Positions 38,848-50,487 of a stretch of DNA of 64,000 nt are shown here, in pieces. Positions within the stretch are counted from its first letter, which is position 1. Every line of letters begins with the position of its first letter. The position numbers and the translations under genes are program-made. The DNA lies in NCBI GenBank assembly GCA_977017645.1, contig OZ360237.1, forward strand, positions 72,912,001-72,976,000. Direction: 5' to 3'. Under the pieces are notes generated by a model. It ran no database searches, was not told where the DNA came from, and was given only the letters and a program-made list of their open reading frames with translations. This stretch comes from Torpedo marmorata (taxonomy: Eukaryota).

Positions 38848-39423
38848 CCGTATATTTCGGCGGATTAGACGACACTTGAAGCACCCAAAAAATAAAGAAA
38901 AAAAGGGGTCGTCCTGTAGGCCAGATACAAACACAGCGACCTTAAAAGTCTACTCAAAATACCACTTGATTGGTTCCATAACCCACCCAGACCCCACCCT
39001 ATAACAAATTTTTAAGCTACCAGTATATTAAATGTGGTGTTAAACCAATAAAAGAATTGTTAAAAAAAAACCACATCGCATTTAAAATCCTTGAAATTCA
39101 CTAGCTTCATCGTCTGAGGCAAAGAACTCGGCAAGCACATCCGGAGTCTCACTGTTTACACGTCATCATATGGGTCCCAGTCTGAAACTGGTGAGTCGGC
39201 TTCCGCTTCATCGTCAGTGTCCTACAATAAATCATCCTCCGTACCATCCATTGCACTAGAGATTTTTAACTTAAAACTTGCTTCATACTTTCTTCATTTT
39301 GCTGGTGGCTCCATGATAACAAGTTGATAAAAAATGTTGGGGGTCATCTTATATGAGCTAAAATTCAGACTGAAATTGGGTCTCGTCTTATCTGAAGGTC
39401 GCCTTATCCACCGAAATATACGG
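38848..39423. mobile_element. Tc1/mariner (Tc2/pogo-like) non-autonomous DNA transposon
   Basis: TIR CCGTATATTTCGGCGGATTAGACGAC / GTCGCCTTATCCACCGAAATATACGG, with a TA TSD on both sides. Confidence 0.9.
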
Positions 39424-39671
39424 TAGTCTTTATTTGTAACCTGATTATTGTCCATTTTGCTTCCAGTGACCTTGTGACTGGAATTAGCATATATTCAAGA
39501 GTTTTAGAAGATACACATTTAAAACACTTTCCTTGTAATACTGGCTGCAATTAAAAAGCACTTAAATTTCTGAAAAACACATTGGAAAGTTGCTTTGAAA
39601 TTTCATTAAGGAACACCTTGGAATGAATTTAATGTCCATTAACTATTAGAAAAGATTAATATAATGCTCTT

Positions 39672-41485
39672 AAAAAACACAAAAGCTGGAGAACTCAGCA
39701 GGTCAAACAGTGTCTTTTATGTAGCAAAGGTAGAAATACATAACCGACGTTTCGGGCTTGAGCCCTTCATCAAAGTATGAGAAAATGCCGGCAGGCGTCC
39801 GAACAAAGGAGTGAGGGGGGAAGGGGGGTGGCAAAGGCAGGAGATGATAGGTGGAGAAAGGAGGGAGGGGACAGCAGCAAAGAGGGGGAGGAGGGATGGC
39901 TGGGTGGGTGGAAAAAAAACAGGAAGGACAGGTGAGGGGGGAGGGGAATGGAACAACAAACAGGTTTAGTGGAAAGCAGAAAAGTCAATGTTAATGCCAT
40001 CTGGCTGGAGAGTGCCGAGACGGAATATGAGATGTTGTTCCTCCAATTTGCGGGTAGTGTGGGTGGGATAGTACATGAGGCCATGGACAGACATGTGAGC
40101 GTGGGAGTGTGACCCAGAATTGAAATGGTTGGCTACTGGGAGGTCGCTGTTGTTGCGGACGGAGAGGAGGTGCTCAGCAAAGCGGTCTCCCAATCTACGA
40201 CCGGTCTCTCCAATGTATAGAAAGCCACAAAGGGAGCACCGGATGCAGTAGATAAGTCCTTTGGATATACAAGTGAAGTGTAGTTTCACTTGGAAGGCCT
40301 GTTTGGGGCCCTGGACCGTGGTGAGGGGGGAGGTGTGGGCGCAGGTGTTGCACCTCCTGCGGGCACAGGGGAAGGTTCCGGGGGTAGGATGGGTGGGGAG
40401 GGACGAGTGCACGAGTGAATCGCGGAGGGAGCGGTCCCTACGGAAGGCCGAGAGGGGAGGAGAAGGAAAAATGTGTCTGGTGGTGGGATCCTGCAGCAAG
40501 TGCCGGAAATTCCAGCGGATAATGTGTTGGACGCGGAGGCTGGTGGGGTGGTAGGTGAGGATGAGGGGGATTCTATGTTTGTTGCGTCTGGGGGCAGAGG
40601 GGGCCAGGGCAGATGAGCGGGAAATGGAGGAGATGCGGGTGAGGGCTGAGTTGATGGTGGTGGAGGGGAAGCCACGTTTGTGGAAAAAGGCAGACATTTC
40701 AGAAGATCTGGAGTGGAACACCTCATCTTGGGAACAGATGCGGCGGAGGCGGAGAAATTGAGAGAAGGGGATGGAGTCCTTGCAGGGGACAGGGTGTGAG
40801 GATGTGTAGTCCAGATAGTTGTGGGAGTTGGAGGGTTTGTAGTAAATGTCGGTGGAAAGCTTGTCTCCCGAGATGGAGACAGAGAGATCCAGGAAGGGGA
40901 GAGTGTTATCGGAGATGGACCAGGTGAGTTTGAGATCGTGGTGAAAGTTGGATGCGAAGTGGATGAAGTTGACAAACTCCCACAACTATCAACGATGAGC
41001 TTGTCAACTTCATCCACTTCGCATCCAACTTTCACCACGATCTCAAACTCACCTGGTCCATCTCCGATAAAATTGGAGGAACAACATCTCATATTCCGTC
41101 TCGGCACTCTCCAGCCAGATGGCATTAACATTGACTTTTCTGCTTTCCACTAAACCTGTTTGTTGTTCCATTCCCCTCCCCCCTCACCTGTCCTTCCTGT
41201 TTTTTTTCCACCCACCCAGCCATCCCTCCTCCCCCTCTTTGCTGCTGTCCCCTCCCTCCTTTCTCCACCTATCATCTCCTGCCTTTGCCACCCCCCTTCC
41301 CCCCTCACTCCTTTGTTCGGACGCCTGCCGGCATTTTCTCATACTTTGATGAAGGGCTCAAGCCCGAAACGTCGGTTATGTATTTCTACCTTTGCTACAT
41401 AAAAGACACTGTTTAACCTGCTGAGTTCTCCAGCTTTTGTGTTTTTTACTACATTATTACGGTGTCTACAGATTTTCGTGTTTAT
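39672..41485. mobile_element. Penelope-like element with inverted (fold-back) structure
   Basis: Minus arm 39672-40975 carries ORF 39966-40985; plus arm is 40993-41485. 16-bp TSD TTAATATAATGCTCTT (39656-39671 / 41486-41501). Confidence 0.95.
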
Positions 41486-42142
41486 TTAATATAATGCTCT
41501 TGATAAGAACAGGAACACACTTGTTTACATTTTAATTTTGAGAAGACTTAACTGAGTTACAGGATCAATAAATTGTCCTGTGCCAATTACTCTACGGTGC
41601 AACATCACGGGCTGGCTTTTACATAGTACTAACCAATTTAGTGAAAAGTAATTCAGCAGGGTCATGATTTGTGCCACTATCCTAGTTTCTCCCTTCCCAT
41701 CCCTAAAATGTATATTAATAGTCACATTATCTAGTTACTGTGCATATAGTGACATCATTCTAGATGGCATGTTTTTCTGTGATTTTCCAGATTCAGAAAT
41801 ATCCATAGAAGTACCAATGCCTGAGATTGTTTAGGATTTTTTAATGAGGAACGAGAATGCTTTGCTTCAAACCATGAGACTCATTGGAATTTCCTGTAGT
41901 TGACAGGTTTCCATTCTGCTTCAAGCAATCCATGCAGGAGACATTGGGATGAAACTACTTTGTGGGCTGATTTAACGTATTCTCTTTAGCGAAGGACATT
42001 AAAGGCTCTTATTCCACGAGAATCGGCACCAATCACTGGTCCCAAAAATTCTTACCGTTTTCCAACGAGGTTGAGTGCGAATGAAGAAATCAGCTCTCCA
42101 AGTTTCCAATGTGTTCAGAAGATTATTTTGCACACTCAATTA

Positions 42143-42471
42143 TGATTTTTACACAGCCGCTGCATAACGGGAAATTCTCGCAAATTTCCCGCAACGCTGG
42201 CTGTGTAAAAAGGTCGTGACGGAAATTAGTAACTAATTTCCGTCCCGACATTTTTCCTGCAGCAGCCCTAGACATTTTTGCGGACTGCCTGCAGTCTAAA
42301 TTGAACTGCAGGCGGTCCGCAACAATGGGCTAATGAATACGACGTCCATCCTCCGAAATCACCGCAATACAGGAAGTTAGTGTAAACGTCCTTCCTGTGT
42401 GAACGGCCACTCCAGGTGGTAATTATGCAAATTGATGATGGGAAATTCTCGGTACTTATGTTTAAAAGCCA
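42143..42471. mobile_element. PIF/Harbinger-like MITE
   Basis: Imperfect TIR TGATTTTTACACA / TGTTTAAAAGCCA flanked by TTA and TAA. CpG-rich interior with palindrome GCGGACTGCCTGCAGT..ACTGCAGGCGGTCCGC (about 42281-42320). Confidence 0.65.
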
Positions 42472-42859
42472 TAAATTATTCTTATTTTGTTTGGGTGGTA
42501 GCTCAGAATGGCAGCAATATATTAGCAGGGCAATTTACAGTTCCCCCAAATTTTCTTTTGGTTGGAGTGTGAAATGGGCTGCTAATTTGCCTTCATCTCT
42601 TTTGCTTAATCACCCATTTTTATTTTTAAAGTTTCTACCTTTCTTCTGCCTTACCCATCCCCACTCTGAAAAATAACCTGAACCAAGTACTGTTCTGCAC
42701 CAGCCTCCAGAAGGAGGGCACCAACAGCTTCTCTCTCCTATTCTGATGTCCCTTCCACTATACAGGCTTGACCTCTGTTGCTCACTCTCTGTAGTGCCTC
42801 AAAGAGTGGATCATCAGTGGATTGGAACCATTTTCCAAACACATTCTAGGATATGTCGA

Positions 42860-44155
42860 TTAATGCACAAAATTGAAGAGCATGGGTTTAGGAGTAACAT
42901 TAGTATATGGATTGAAAATTTGTTGGGACAAAACAGAGTAGGAATATATAGGCAATTACAAGTATGATACTGTAGGAATCAATGCTTTGGCTTAAGGTAT
43001 TCACGATATATATCAATGATTTGGGTGAAGGAACTGAATGTAATATTTCTATATTTGGTGATAACATAGAACTGGAAGAGATTGTGAGTTGTGAGGAGGA
43101 GGATGTGAGGTTTCAAATGATTTAGTCATGTTGAGTGAGTTGGCCAGTATGTTGCAGATGCAGTATGATTGTGAAGAAATTTGAAGTTGTCCTCTGTGGG
43201 ATCAAAAATAGAAAGACAAAGTATTATTTAAAAGTTGATTAATCTGATAATGTTGATGTACAATGAGATCTGCCTGACCTTATGCATGTAACTGAAATCT
43301 AACTTACAAGTGCAGAAAGTAATTAAGAAGGGAAATAGTATAATGATAGATTGCTCTTGAGTGCAGGAGGTTTTGAATTTAGAAATAAGGATGTCTTGCT
43401 ACAACTATTCAAGTCCTTGTTGAGACCACACCTATAGTATTGCATACAGTTTTGGTCTCTTTGCTTAAGAAAGAACATGATGCCATAGGAAGAATGCAGC
43501 AAATGTTCACCAAACTGATTCTTAGGATGATCAGATTGTTGTGTGAGGAGAGCTTGGGTCTCTTCAGGCTTGTATTCACTGGAGTTAACAAGAATGAGAG
43601 GGAATGTCATTAGCAGGCACAAAGTTCAGACAGTACTGAATAGGCTGGATACAGAATGGATATATCCAGCCAGGAATGGGGTTGGGAGGGTGAGGTAAGT
43701 GTGATGAAGGGTTTAGAATTAGAATCAGTGAATTAGGATAAAATGTTTAGGACTGACATAAGATCAAGATTACTTTGTTGTCATGTAATAGTACAGAAAT
43801 TGTAATATTACAAAAAAATTGCCTTCTGCCTGCGGTAAGGCAAAGAGTCGTCTTTAGTTTCGAGAGGAACAGTAAGAGAGGAAGAGAAGGAAAAGAGAGT
43901 GCTCTCAGAGTCACTGAGTGTCTGTGGATTAAGGAGGTACTGCTTCACACAAAGAGTGGAATTTTTCACCTCAGAACACTGTGGAGGCCAATTTGCTGAA
44001 TAGATTTAAGGAGAAGATAGATGAATTTCCAGACAACAATAGGTGTGAAGTGGAAAGAGAATAAGGTATTGAAATGGAGGATGAACCAGGATCGGATTGA
44101 AGGTTCAAAGGGCTGAATGGGCTACTCCCACTCTTGTTTTCTGTATTTTATGTTT
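42860..44155 (+). mobile_element. Old CR1 LINE (RT C-terminal half and 3' end)
   Basis: Degenerate YINDL, RPHL.YC.QFWS and GGGCTGAATGGGCTACTCC tail segments. Confidence 0.8.
43762..43930 (-). mobile_element. 3' fragment of the non-autonomous GC-rich family inserted in the CR1
   Basis: TTTGTTGTCATGTAATA..TGCCTGCGGTAAGGCAAAGAGTCG..AAAAGAGAGT..CAGAGTCACTGAGTGTCTGTGGATT matches 58818-58985 and 60078-60252. Confidence 0.75.
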
Positions 44156-44795
44156 ATATGTGACCACCTTTCCAACTCACCTAAAAACCAACACCTCCAA
44201 CACCTTCAAAAGTGCAGGGACCCTCTAAGAAATTCAACTCCAAGGTCTTTAGCAGCAATTATGAGAGTCAATGATTTCAGATCATTGACAATCCTATTCT
44301 CCACAATTTCTTACCATTTTGCATGGACACCATATCTTATACAGAGTGCCAAATCATATCAATATATAAATTGAGGACAACTTTTAAAGTTGGGAAATTT
44401 CCCTTGAATGCAGTTGAAATGTAAAAAAAAATCATTCTTAAGTAGCAGATATTGAAAAGGAAAAATAATCCAAGATTGTATTTGAACCATCTATTAATAT
44501 ATACTACATGTTATCATCAGTAGGATAGAAAAATAAGCAATGGCTCCTGTTTCTTTTACCAAATGTATCTCATGGTCTCTGTTGGCCAATACCAAGTTAG
44601 TCTCTCACTGTTAATCCATTACTAGAATTTCTCAAGCACAAAACATCAGCAAGAATGTTCCATTACACAATTTCTTATGTGCTTTAAATTGTAATTGAAA
44701 TATCTTTTCCAAAAATGGAATACAATTAAAACAACATTCAAGGCAATAAATGTGGTAAAACATGTAATTTGGACAAACAACAATCATTTAACTGG

Positions 44796-44937
44796 TAAAA
44801 CACGAAAATCTGTGGACACCGTGGTTGAAGTAAAAAACACAAATGCTGGAGAAACTCAGCAGGTCAAACAGTGTCTTTTAGGTAGCAAAGGTAGAAATAC
44901 ATAACCGGCGTTTCGGGCTTGAGCCCTTCATCAAAGT
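44796..44937 (-). mobile_element. Solo PLE 3' tail (142 bp) starting at the hammerhead motif
   Basis: Matches 28407-28550. 10-bp TSD ATTTAACTGG (44786-44795 / 44938-44947). Confidence 0.9.
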
Positions 44938-45242
44938 ATTTAACTGGAATGGTTAGCTAGAAAACAATTTGAACTAGAGTACTGAATATATTAAGGGTTT
45001 TGTTAGAGGAAAGGCCTTATATTTTCAATTCCTGTTCAGTAAGCACAAGTAATCACCACCTTTTCAGGGAATGCTGAATTGTTTTCTTAGATAGAAGTTG
45101 CTCTGAATAAATTGCTCTGGTTGTACTCTTTTGAAGTAATGATTTCAGCATTCATATGTGTGAATTCTTAAAACTGGCAGACAAATTTTTGACTCCAGTG
45201 AAGGTTTCATATTTCAAGGGAAAAAGTTTCAAGGGAAAAACG

Positions 45243-45690
45243 AATCATACAGTAGGGCAAAATCAGTCCGTCTAGCCCACCTTGCCTTTGAAATGGCTAT
45301 CCAGTTAATCCCAGTTTCCTGTTCATTCCCAAAAGCCATAAATGTTTTTTCCTTTTCAAGAATATGCTCAATTTATTTTTGAAAGTTCTGGTTCAGTAGC
45401 TTCATTCAATTCCACAACTCTTTCAGGCAATGTATTTAAAATCATAATAATTCATCTGTGCCAAGAAATATTACTTCATCTCACTACTTTCTTCAGTGGT
45501 TACTTTACAACTGTATTGTTCGGTTTCCCACTAGACCAGTGAAAGCAGTTAATCCTAATCTTATCTGAAAAACTCTCCCTGATTTTGAATGCCATCACTA
45601 AATTTTCCCTTAATCTCTATTTTAAAGAGAACATTTCCAGCTTCATGTGCAAAACCAAAGTTCCTCATTGCTGGTGCCATTCCCCTCTCC
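45243..45690 (-). mobile_element. Old CR1-like 3' end
   Basis: Degenerate similarity to the other CR1 3' ends in the window. Confidence 0.5.
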
Positions 45691-46076
45691 AAGCTTATTT
45701 TTATCGCGTTGTGCTCCTAACTGTGATTGAGGCCAAGCTCAAGGTTGTGTAGCGTCACATATCTTTCCTGCTTCTTGGTTTAAAAAGGCAATTTGGGCTT
45801 TGGTGAAAGGAGTTCATCAAACGTACCTTATATTGAGGAAGCAACAACTGGTAGTGATCCATCTGAAAGAAAATGCTGGAATTATTTTCTTTGTAATAGT
45901 ATGTTGGGTTGGCCGTCTTGGATACGTTTCATCAGCTTATTTTTTCTCTGTTTTTTTCTGTCTTGTTCCTCATTCACTTGGCAGCAAGGTGGCCAAAGGA
46001 ACTGCTCACACTAACCATCCGAGACTCTCATTTGTATAAAACAATATTTTAAAATTTATTTTAATAGATTATAATA

Positions 46077-46776
46077 CCGGTATGCGCCGCTTAAAGTCCG
46101 TTCGGGCAACGTCCGACCGCATATACGTCCGTGGTCCCATAATTATTCAGTGACCACGAGCAAGTCCGCAGCAATTTAGAAAAAGCGATCACTAGCTATA
46201 GGAAATTGTATACTGTATACTCACACTGATCCCACTGCCCCGCTCTCTCCCCACAGCCCTGTGTCGGTCCCCACACTGATCCCATTGCCCCGCTCTCTCC
46301 CCACAGCCCCGTGTCGGTCCCCACACTGATCCCACTGCCCTGCTCTCTCCCCACAGCCCTGTATCGGTCCCCACACTGATCCCATTGCCCCGCTCTCTCC
46401 CCACAGCCCCGTGTCGGTCCCCACACTGATCCCACTGCCCTGCTCTCTCCCCACAGCCCTGTATCGGTCCCCACACTGATCCCACTGCCCCGCTCTCTCC
46501 CCACAGCCCCGTGTCGGTCCCCACACTGATCCCACTGCCCCGCTCTCTCCCCACAGCCCCGTGTCGGTCCCCACACTGATCCCACTGCCCCACTCTCTCC
46601 CCACAGCCCTGTGTCGGTCCCCACACTGATCCCTACTTACAAATAAAAAGTTTACAGGTACACTACAGTATCCCATATAGCTTTGCTAATATATAATATG
46701 GTGTTCGCACAACATCCACATCGCATAACGCCCAATTTCACAGAACTTATCATGGACGTTAAGTGGCGCATACCTG
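46077..46776. mobile_element. Tigger/pogo-like MITE (Tigger3/Golem-like end)
   Basis: TIR CCGGTATGCGCCGCTTAAAGTCC / GGACGTTAAGTGGCGCATACCTG. TA on the left, TG on the right. Subterminal GACCGCATATACG..GTGGTCCCATAA resembles Tigger3 (from memory). Confidence 0.82.
46221..46633. repeat. 50-bp minisatellite, 8 full copies plus a partial
   Basis: Unit CCACACTGATCCCACTGCCCCGCTCTCTCCCCACAGCCCCGTGTCGGTCC at an exact 50-bp period. Confidence 0.97.
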
Positions 46777-46798
46777 TGCTTGTCCTGCATATGTATTA

Positions 46799-47935
46799 CT
46801 AGCAGGATACCCGGCGGTGCCCGGGCTTTGCTCCACAATGTTGGCATACCTCTGACATGGAGCCAATTACAACTGCATTAATGGAAGAATACTCAATGTC
46901 AACTGAGTAATTGAATGCAGCATTTAGCAGGTTGGCTGTAGTAAATGGTGCTGCCCTTCAGCTGGTGGCTTTTGTTCGCATTGCTTGGAAGTCTTGCTTG
47001 TTCTTCCTCAGCAGACTCTTGTTGTCTTCTCATGGAATGCCTGGCGGCATCAGCACTGAGGTGGGCTTGGCGTTGTTCCTCAGTTTCCTGCTGCCTGCTC
47101 CTTGTTTGTCTGGAGGCCTGAGCACTGAGGCGGGCCTGGTGTTGCTGTTCTGTTTCCTGCTGCCTGCTACTTGCATGTCTGGAAGCATCAAAGGTGAGGC
47201 GAGACTGATGTTCCTCTGCTGTCTCTTGCTTTCTCCTTTGTCTAACTCCCTGGGCTTGTGAAGAGCTTCTGCCAATGTTGCTTTGCTTTTTTGGGCCCAT
47301 ATTGAACTGGGTTTGGCCACTTGTTTTTATTCTGAATGTACATTGATGCACAGCACTGTAACTAATTGAGGTGTCTCTGGTGCAAGTTCAAATTTTTTTT
47401 TGAACTTTTGAACTTCATATGACCTTAAAGGTTAAATTCAATGTGGTCATGACATTCAGCATCAAATGTCACCACAATTATAGTAAACAGTAATGCAAGT
47501 CAGTGCATAGTAAATACTTTTATATCGTAAATACTTTTATAATAAACAGTAATGCAAGTCAGTGGAAGCTGGTCAAAAAACACTTTTGAACTTCATATGA
47601 CCTTAAAGGTTAAATTCAATGTGGTCATGACATTCAGCATCAAATGTTACTCCTACTGAACCTCTTTGGACATTTCTAGAGTGCTCTTAGCTGGTCAAAA
47701 AACACTTTTGAACTTCATAAAAATTTCTATATCGATTCCCTGAGGCTGTACAGTCATTTTCACCATTTTGTCCTCCTGCCACTTCAGATGACCTTAAAGG
47801 TTAAATTCAATGTGATCATGACATTCAGCATCAAATTTTACCCCTACTGAACTTCCTTGGACATTTCTAGAGTGCTCCATATTAATTTGCATGGAGAACA
47901 GACAAACAGACATACATGCACAAATATATATTAGA
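46799..47935 (-). mobile_element. Helitron internal-deletion derivative (1137 bp)
   Basis: Minus strand starts TCTAATATATA and ends with the hairpin CCCGGGCACCGCCGGG then CTAG. Inserted between A and T with no TSD. Tandem repeats at 47400-47880. Confidence 0.92.
46828..47300 (-). pseudogene. N-terminal fragment of a Helitron Rep/helicase ORF
   Basis: MGPKKQSNIGR followed by (RQQETEEQRQARL)-type repeats. After a frameshift: AAFNYSVDIEYSSINAVVIGSMSEVCQHCGAK, the start of the Helitron zinc finger, fused to the 3' hairpin. Confidence 0.82.
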
Positions 47936-48269
47936 TTTGTCTGTATGTGTGTTATGTCTGTTTGTACGTCTGCATGTTTTTGCACCAAGGACCGGAGAAC
48001 GCTGTTTCATCGGGTTGTACTTGTACAATCAGATGACAATAAACTTGACTTGACTTGAGGTGCTGAAGATGGATTTGTTCTCTTTAAAATAAGGGGAAAT
48101 TTACTGATGGTGTTGAACGTTCAGAGTAAATTAATATAAACTGCTTTCCCAGGGTAGAGAGATGAGGTGATTTCTTTTTAGCACAGACTTTCACTGATGA
48201 AACACGGTTAAAAGACTCCAGATTTCACTCCTGCGGTGAAATACTGAAATGTTGGCGTGAGTAATTTAA

Positions 48270-48522
48270 GGCGGTATAGTTAGCATAGCAGTTAGAACAA
48301 CCCTATTACAGCACCAGCGACCTGGGTTTGAATCCAGTGCTCTCCATAAAGAGTTTATACATTTCCTCATCACCGCGTGGGTTTCCTGCAGGTGCTCCGG
48401 TTTGCTCCCACATTCCAAAGACGTATGGGGTTGATAGGTTGATTGGGCACATGGGTGTAATTGTGTGGCGTGGGCTCATGGGCTGGAAGGGTCGGTTACC
48501 GTGCTGTATTTCTAAATTAAAT
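48270..48522 (+). mobile_element. tRNA-derived V-SINE (HE1-like), full length
   Basis: A box TAGCATAGCAGTT, B box GGTTTGAATCC, V-domain GGTGCTCCGGTTTGCTCCCACATTCCAAAGAC, tail GTGCTGTATTTCTAAATTAAA. Confidence 0.88.
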
Positions 48523-49136
48523 CCAAGCCCAATGTGCATATAGTTGAAGCAGAATTAGTTCTACTGCTCAACTCAGTCTTCTCGTTCTGTCTGTACTGAC
48601 TATTTCTCACTAAGACCCTCCTTTCTAGCCAGTTAACCATATGGGATGTTCGGAGAGGTCAAGCAAGTTGCAGTCAATTACTTTTTATACCCAACATGTC
48701 CATCATGTCTGTGTTGCTTCATAATCTGTCATAAGTGGTGCTTACATTCCTTGGAATAATCACGTAGATCGCTTGTCCCTGGTTAGCACAATAAATGCTT
48801 TTTAAAGGAAAGTGAACACGTGTACACGCACGAGAATAGACAATTACAATTAGGGAAATGTTAAAACAAATGTAAATGCTGGAATCCTGAAATAAAAACA
48901 GAAACATTCGGCTGGTCAGGAAGAATCTGCAGAAAGAGAAACAGCTGCATCTCAGTTCTGTGACCCATCATCAGATCGTTAAACTACCGAGTGTTTCCAT
49001 TATTTTAAGCTTGAATTTAGTTACATTTAGGGTTCTGGTAAAATACAAGCAGGGCAAAAAGAGTTAAAGATTTTGCTCAAATGGCCAATGGATGTGACGG
49101 GACAATAGATGCCTAATGGAGAATAGATGGCTGATG

Positions 49137-49749
49137 TCGAGCACCTTCGCTCTGTCCTCATCAGTGACAGGGATCTCATAGAGGCCAACCATTTCAATTC
49201 TGGTCCCACCCCCATACTCACATGTATATCCATGGCCTCATGTATTATCCCACCAAGACAATCCGTAAATTGGAGGAACAACACTTGATTTTCCACCTGG
49301 GCACTCTCCAGCCGGATGGCATTAACATCGACTTCTCCAGTTTCTGCTAACCTGCTCTCCATTCTCCCTCCCTTCCCTTCCCCTTGTCTTCTTTCCCTTA
49401 GTTCTCCACCCCCTTCCCTCTCTATTCACCGAGCCACCCCTCCTCCCCCTGCTTGCTGTGGGAGGCCTGCTGATCTGGGGAAAAGGATACTGTGCCTTCC
49501 CTCCCTTCTCCACCTACTTCCTCCTGCCTTTTGGGACCATACTCCTCCCCCCCCCACCCCTCCCCCGCTACCTTTTTGTTCAGACGCCTGCCGACATTTT
49601 TCCATACCTTGATGAAGGGCTCAAGCCCAAAACGTTGGTTATGTATCTTTATCTTTGCTATATAAAGTACACTGTTTGATCTGCTGAGTTTCTCCAGCAT
49701 TGTGTTTTTACTTCAACCACGGTGTCTGCAGACTTTCATGTTTCATTTC
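49137..49749 (+). mobile_element. Penelope-like element 3' fragment (diverged subfamily)
   Basis: Homologous to 10095-10604. 12-bp TSD AGATGGCTGATG (49125-49136) / AGATGGCTAATG (49750-49761). Confidence 0.9.
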
Positions 49750-50487
49750 AGATGGCTAATGGATCAGAATTCTACTCTAAGGTTAAGCCACAAATCACTC
49801 AGAATGGTAGTGCTATATTTGAATCCTGAAGCATAAAGCACAGTGGATTCTCAATGTCCTCTCACTGAGCACTCATTACACCAATTGAGTTTGATATTTC
49901 TGACCTGTGCACTCATCCAATGTAGCTCAACATAATAAAAAAATAAAATACTGCTTTTATCTCTGGTTTTAGGCAGACTTCCAGCATCGACCGTTTTTTT
50001 GCTTTTGGTAACTCAATGCAGGCTTGAAGAACGGTCGGCAGTTTGGATTAATTAGGTATTGACTTCATAACAACCTTATTTATTCTCTTGAAAACTGTTT
50101 CTGCTGCATAATGACCTTTTCTTCTCTTGTTTATAACTATTTACCTATCATGATTAGTATATTTAACCCTTTTCCCCCTGGATTCCTTTTTAATGTTCAT
50201 CTGTGATATCCTCCTAAGAGTCTGCACCTGCAACATCATCCGGAGTCCTGACTTCCTGAGTGTTACTGGAGTTATTTCAGATTTCCAATGCTTGTATCTG
50301 TTCCATTCAGCCAGCAACCAAAACTGTTCATTTCCTCTCATTCACTGGTAGTGCATCAGAAATCTCATTGACTTTTGAATGGGATTTCTGCTGCACCATT
50401 GCCTTGCTTACAATGGCAGAATAATGACTGCTCAGAGAAACTTCATAGTCTAAAGCACACTGTTTTAAAATGCAGGACCCATGAGAG

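Larger units (their letters stand above)
45985..48058 (+). mobile_element. LINE 3'UTR fragment hosting a Tigger-like MITE and a Helitron
   Basis: 45990-46070, 46777-46798 and 47936-48058 together reconstruct the sequence seen at 59906-60058 plus 60915-60990. Tail ATGACAATAAACTTGACTTGACTTGA. Confidence 0.85.

Noticed and set aside
42056-42135. Short minus-strand open stretch ending at a GTAAG donor (..FFIRTQPRWKT)
   Set aside because: No clear acceptor and no recognisable homology.
46075-46082. Second TACCGGTA as another excision footprint
   Set aside because: Explained by one substitution in the Tigger TIR (TA-CAGGTA expected from the other end).
46221-46633. Regular array that could be taken for a CRISPR array or a repeat-protein gene (three overlapping ORFs)
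   Set aside because: Units are contiguous with no unique spacers and no cas genes nearby. The ORFs result from a stop-free 50-bp unit.
48270-48345. tRNA-like A and B boxes (also about 11860-11930)
   Set aside because: These are SINE heads continuing into the V-domain, not tRNA genes.
50145-50449. Exon-like minus-strand segment bounded by AG and GTAAAT
   Set aside because: All three frames contain stops, the peptides are unrecognisable, and joining it to the 57686 donor gives an immediate stop.
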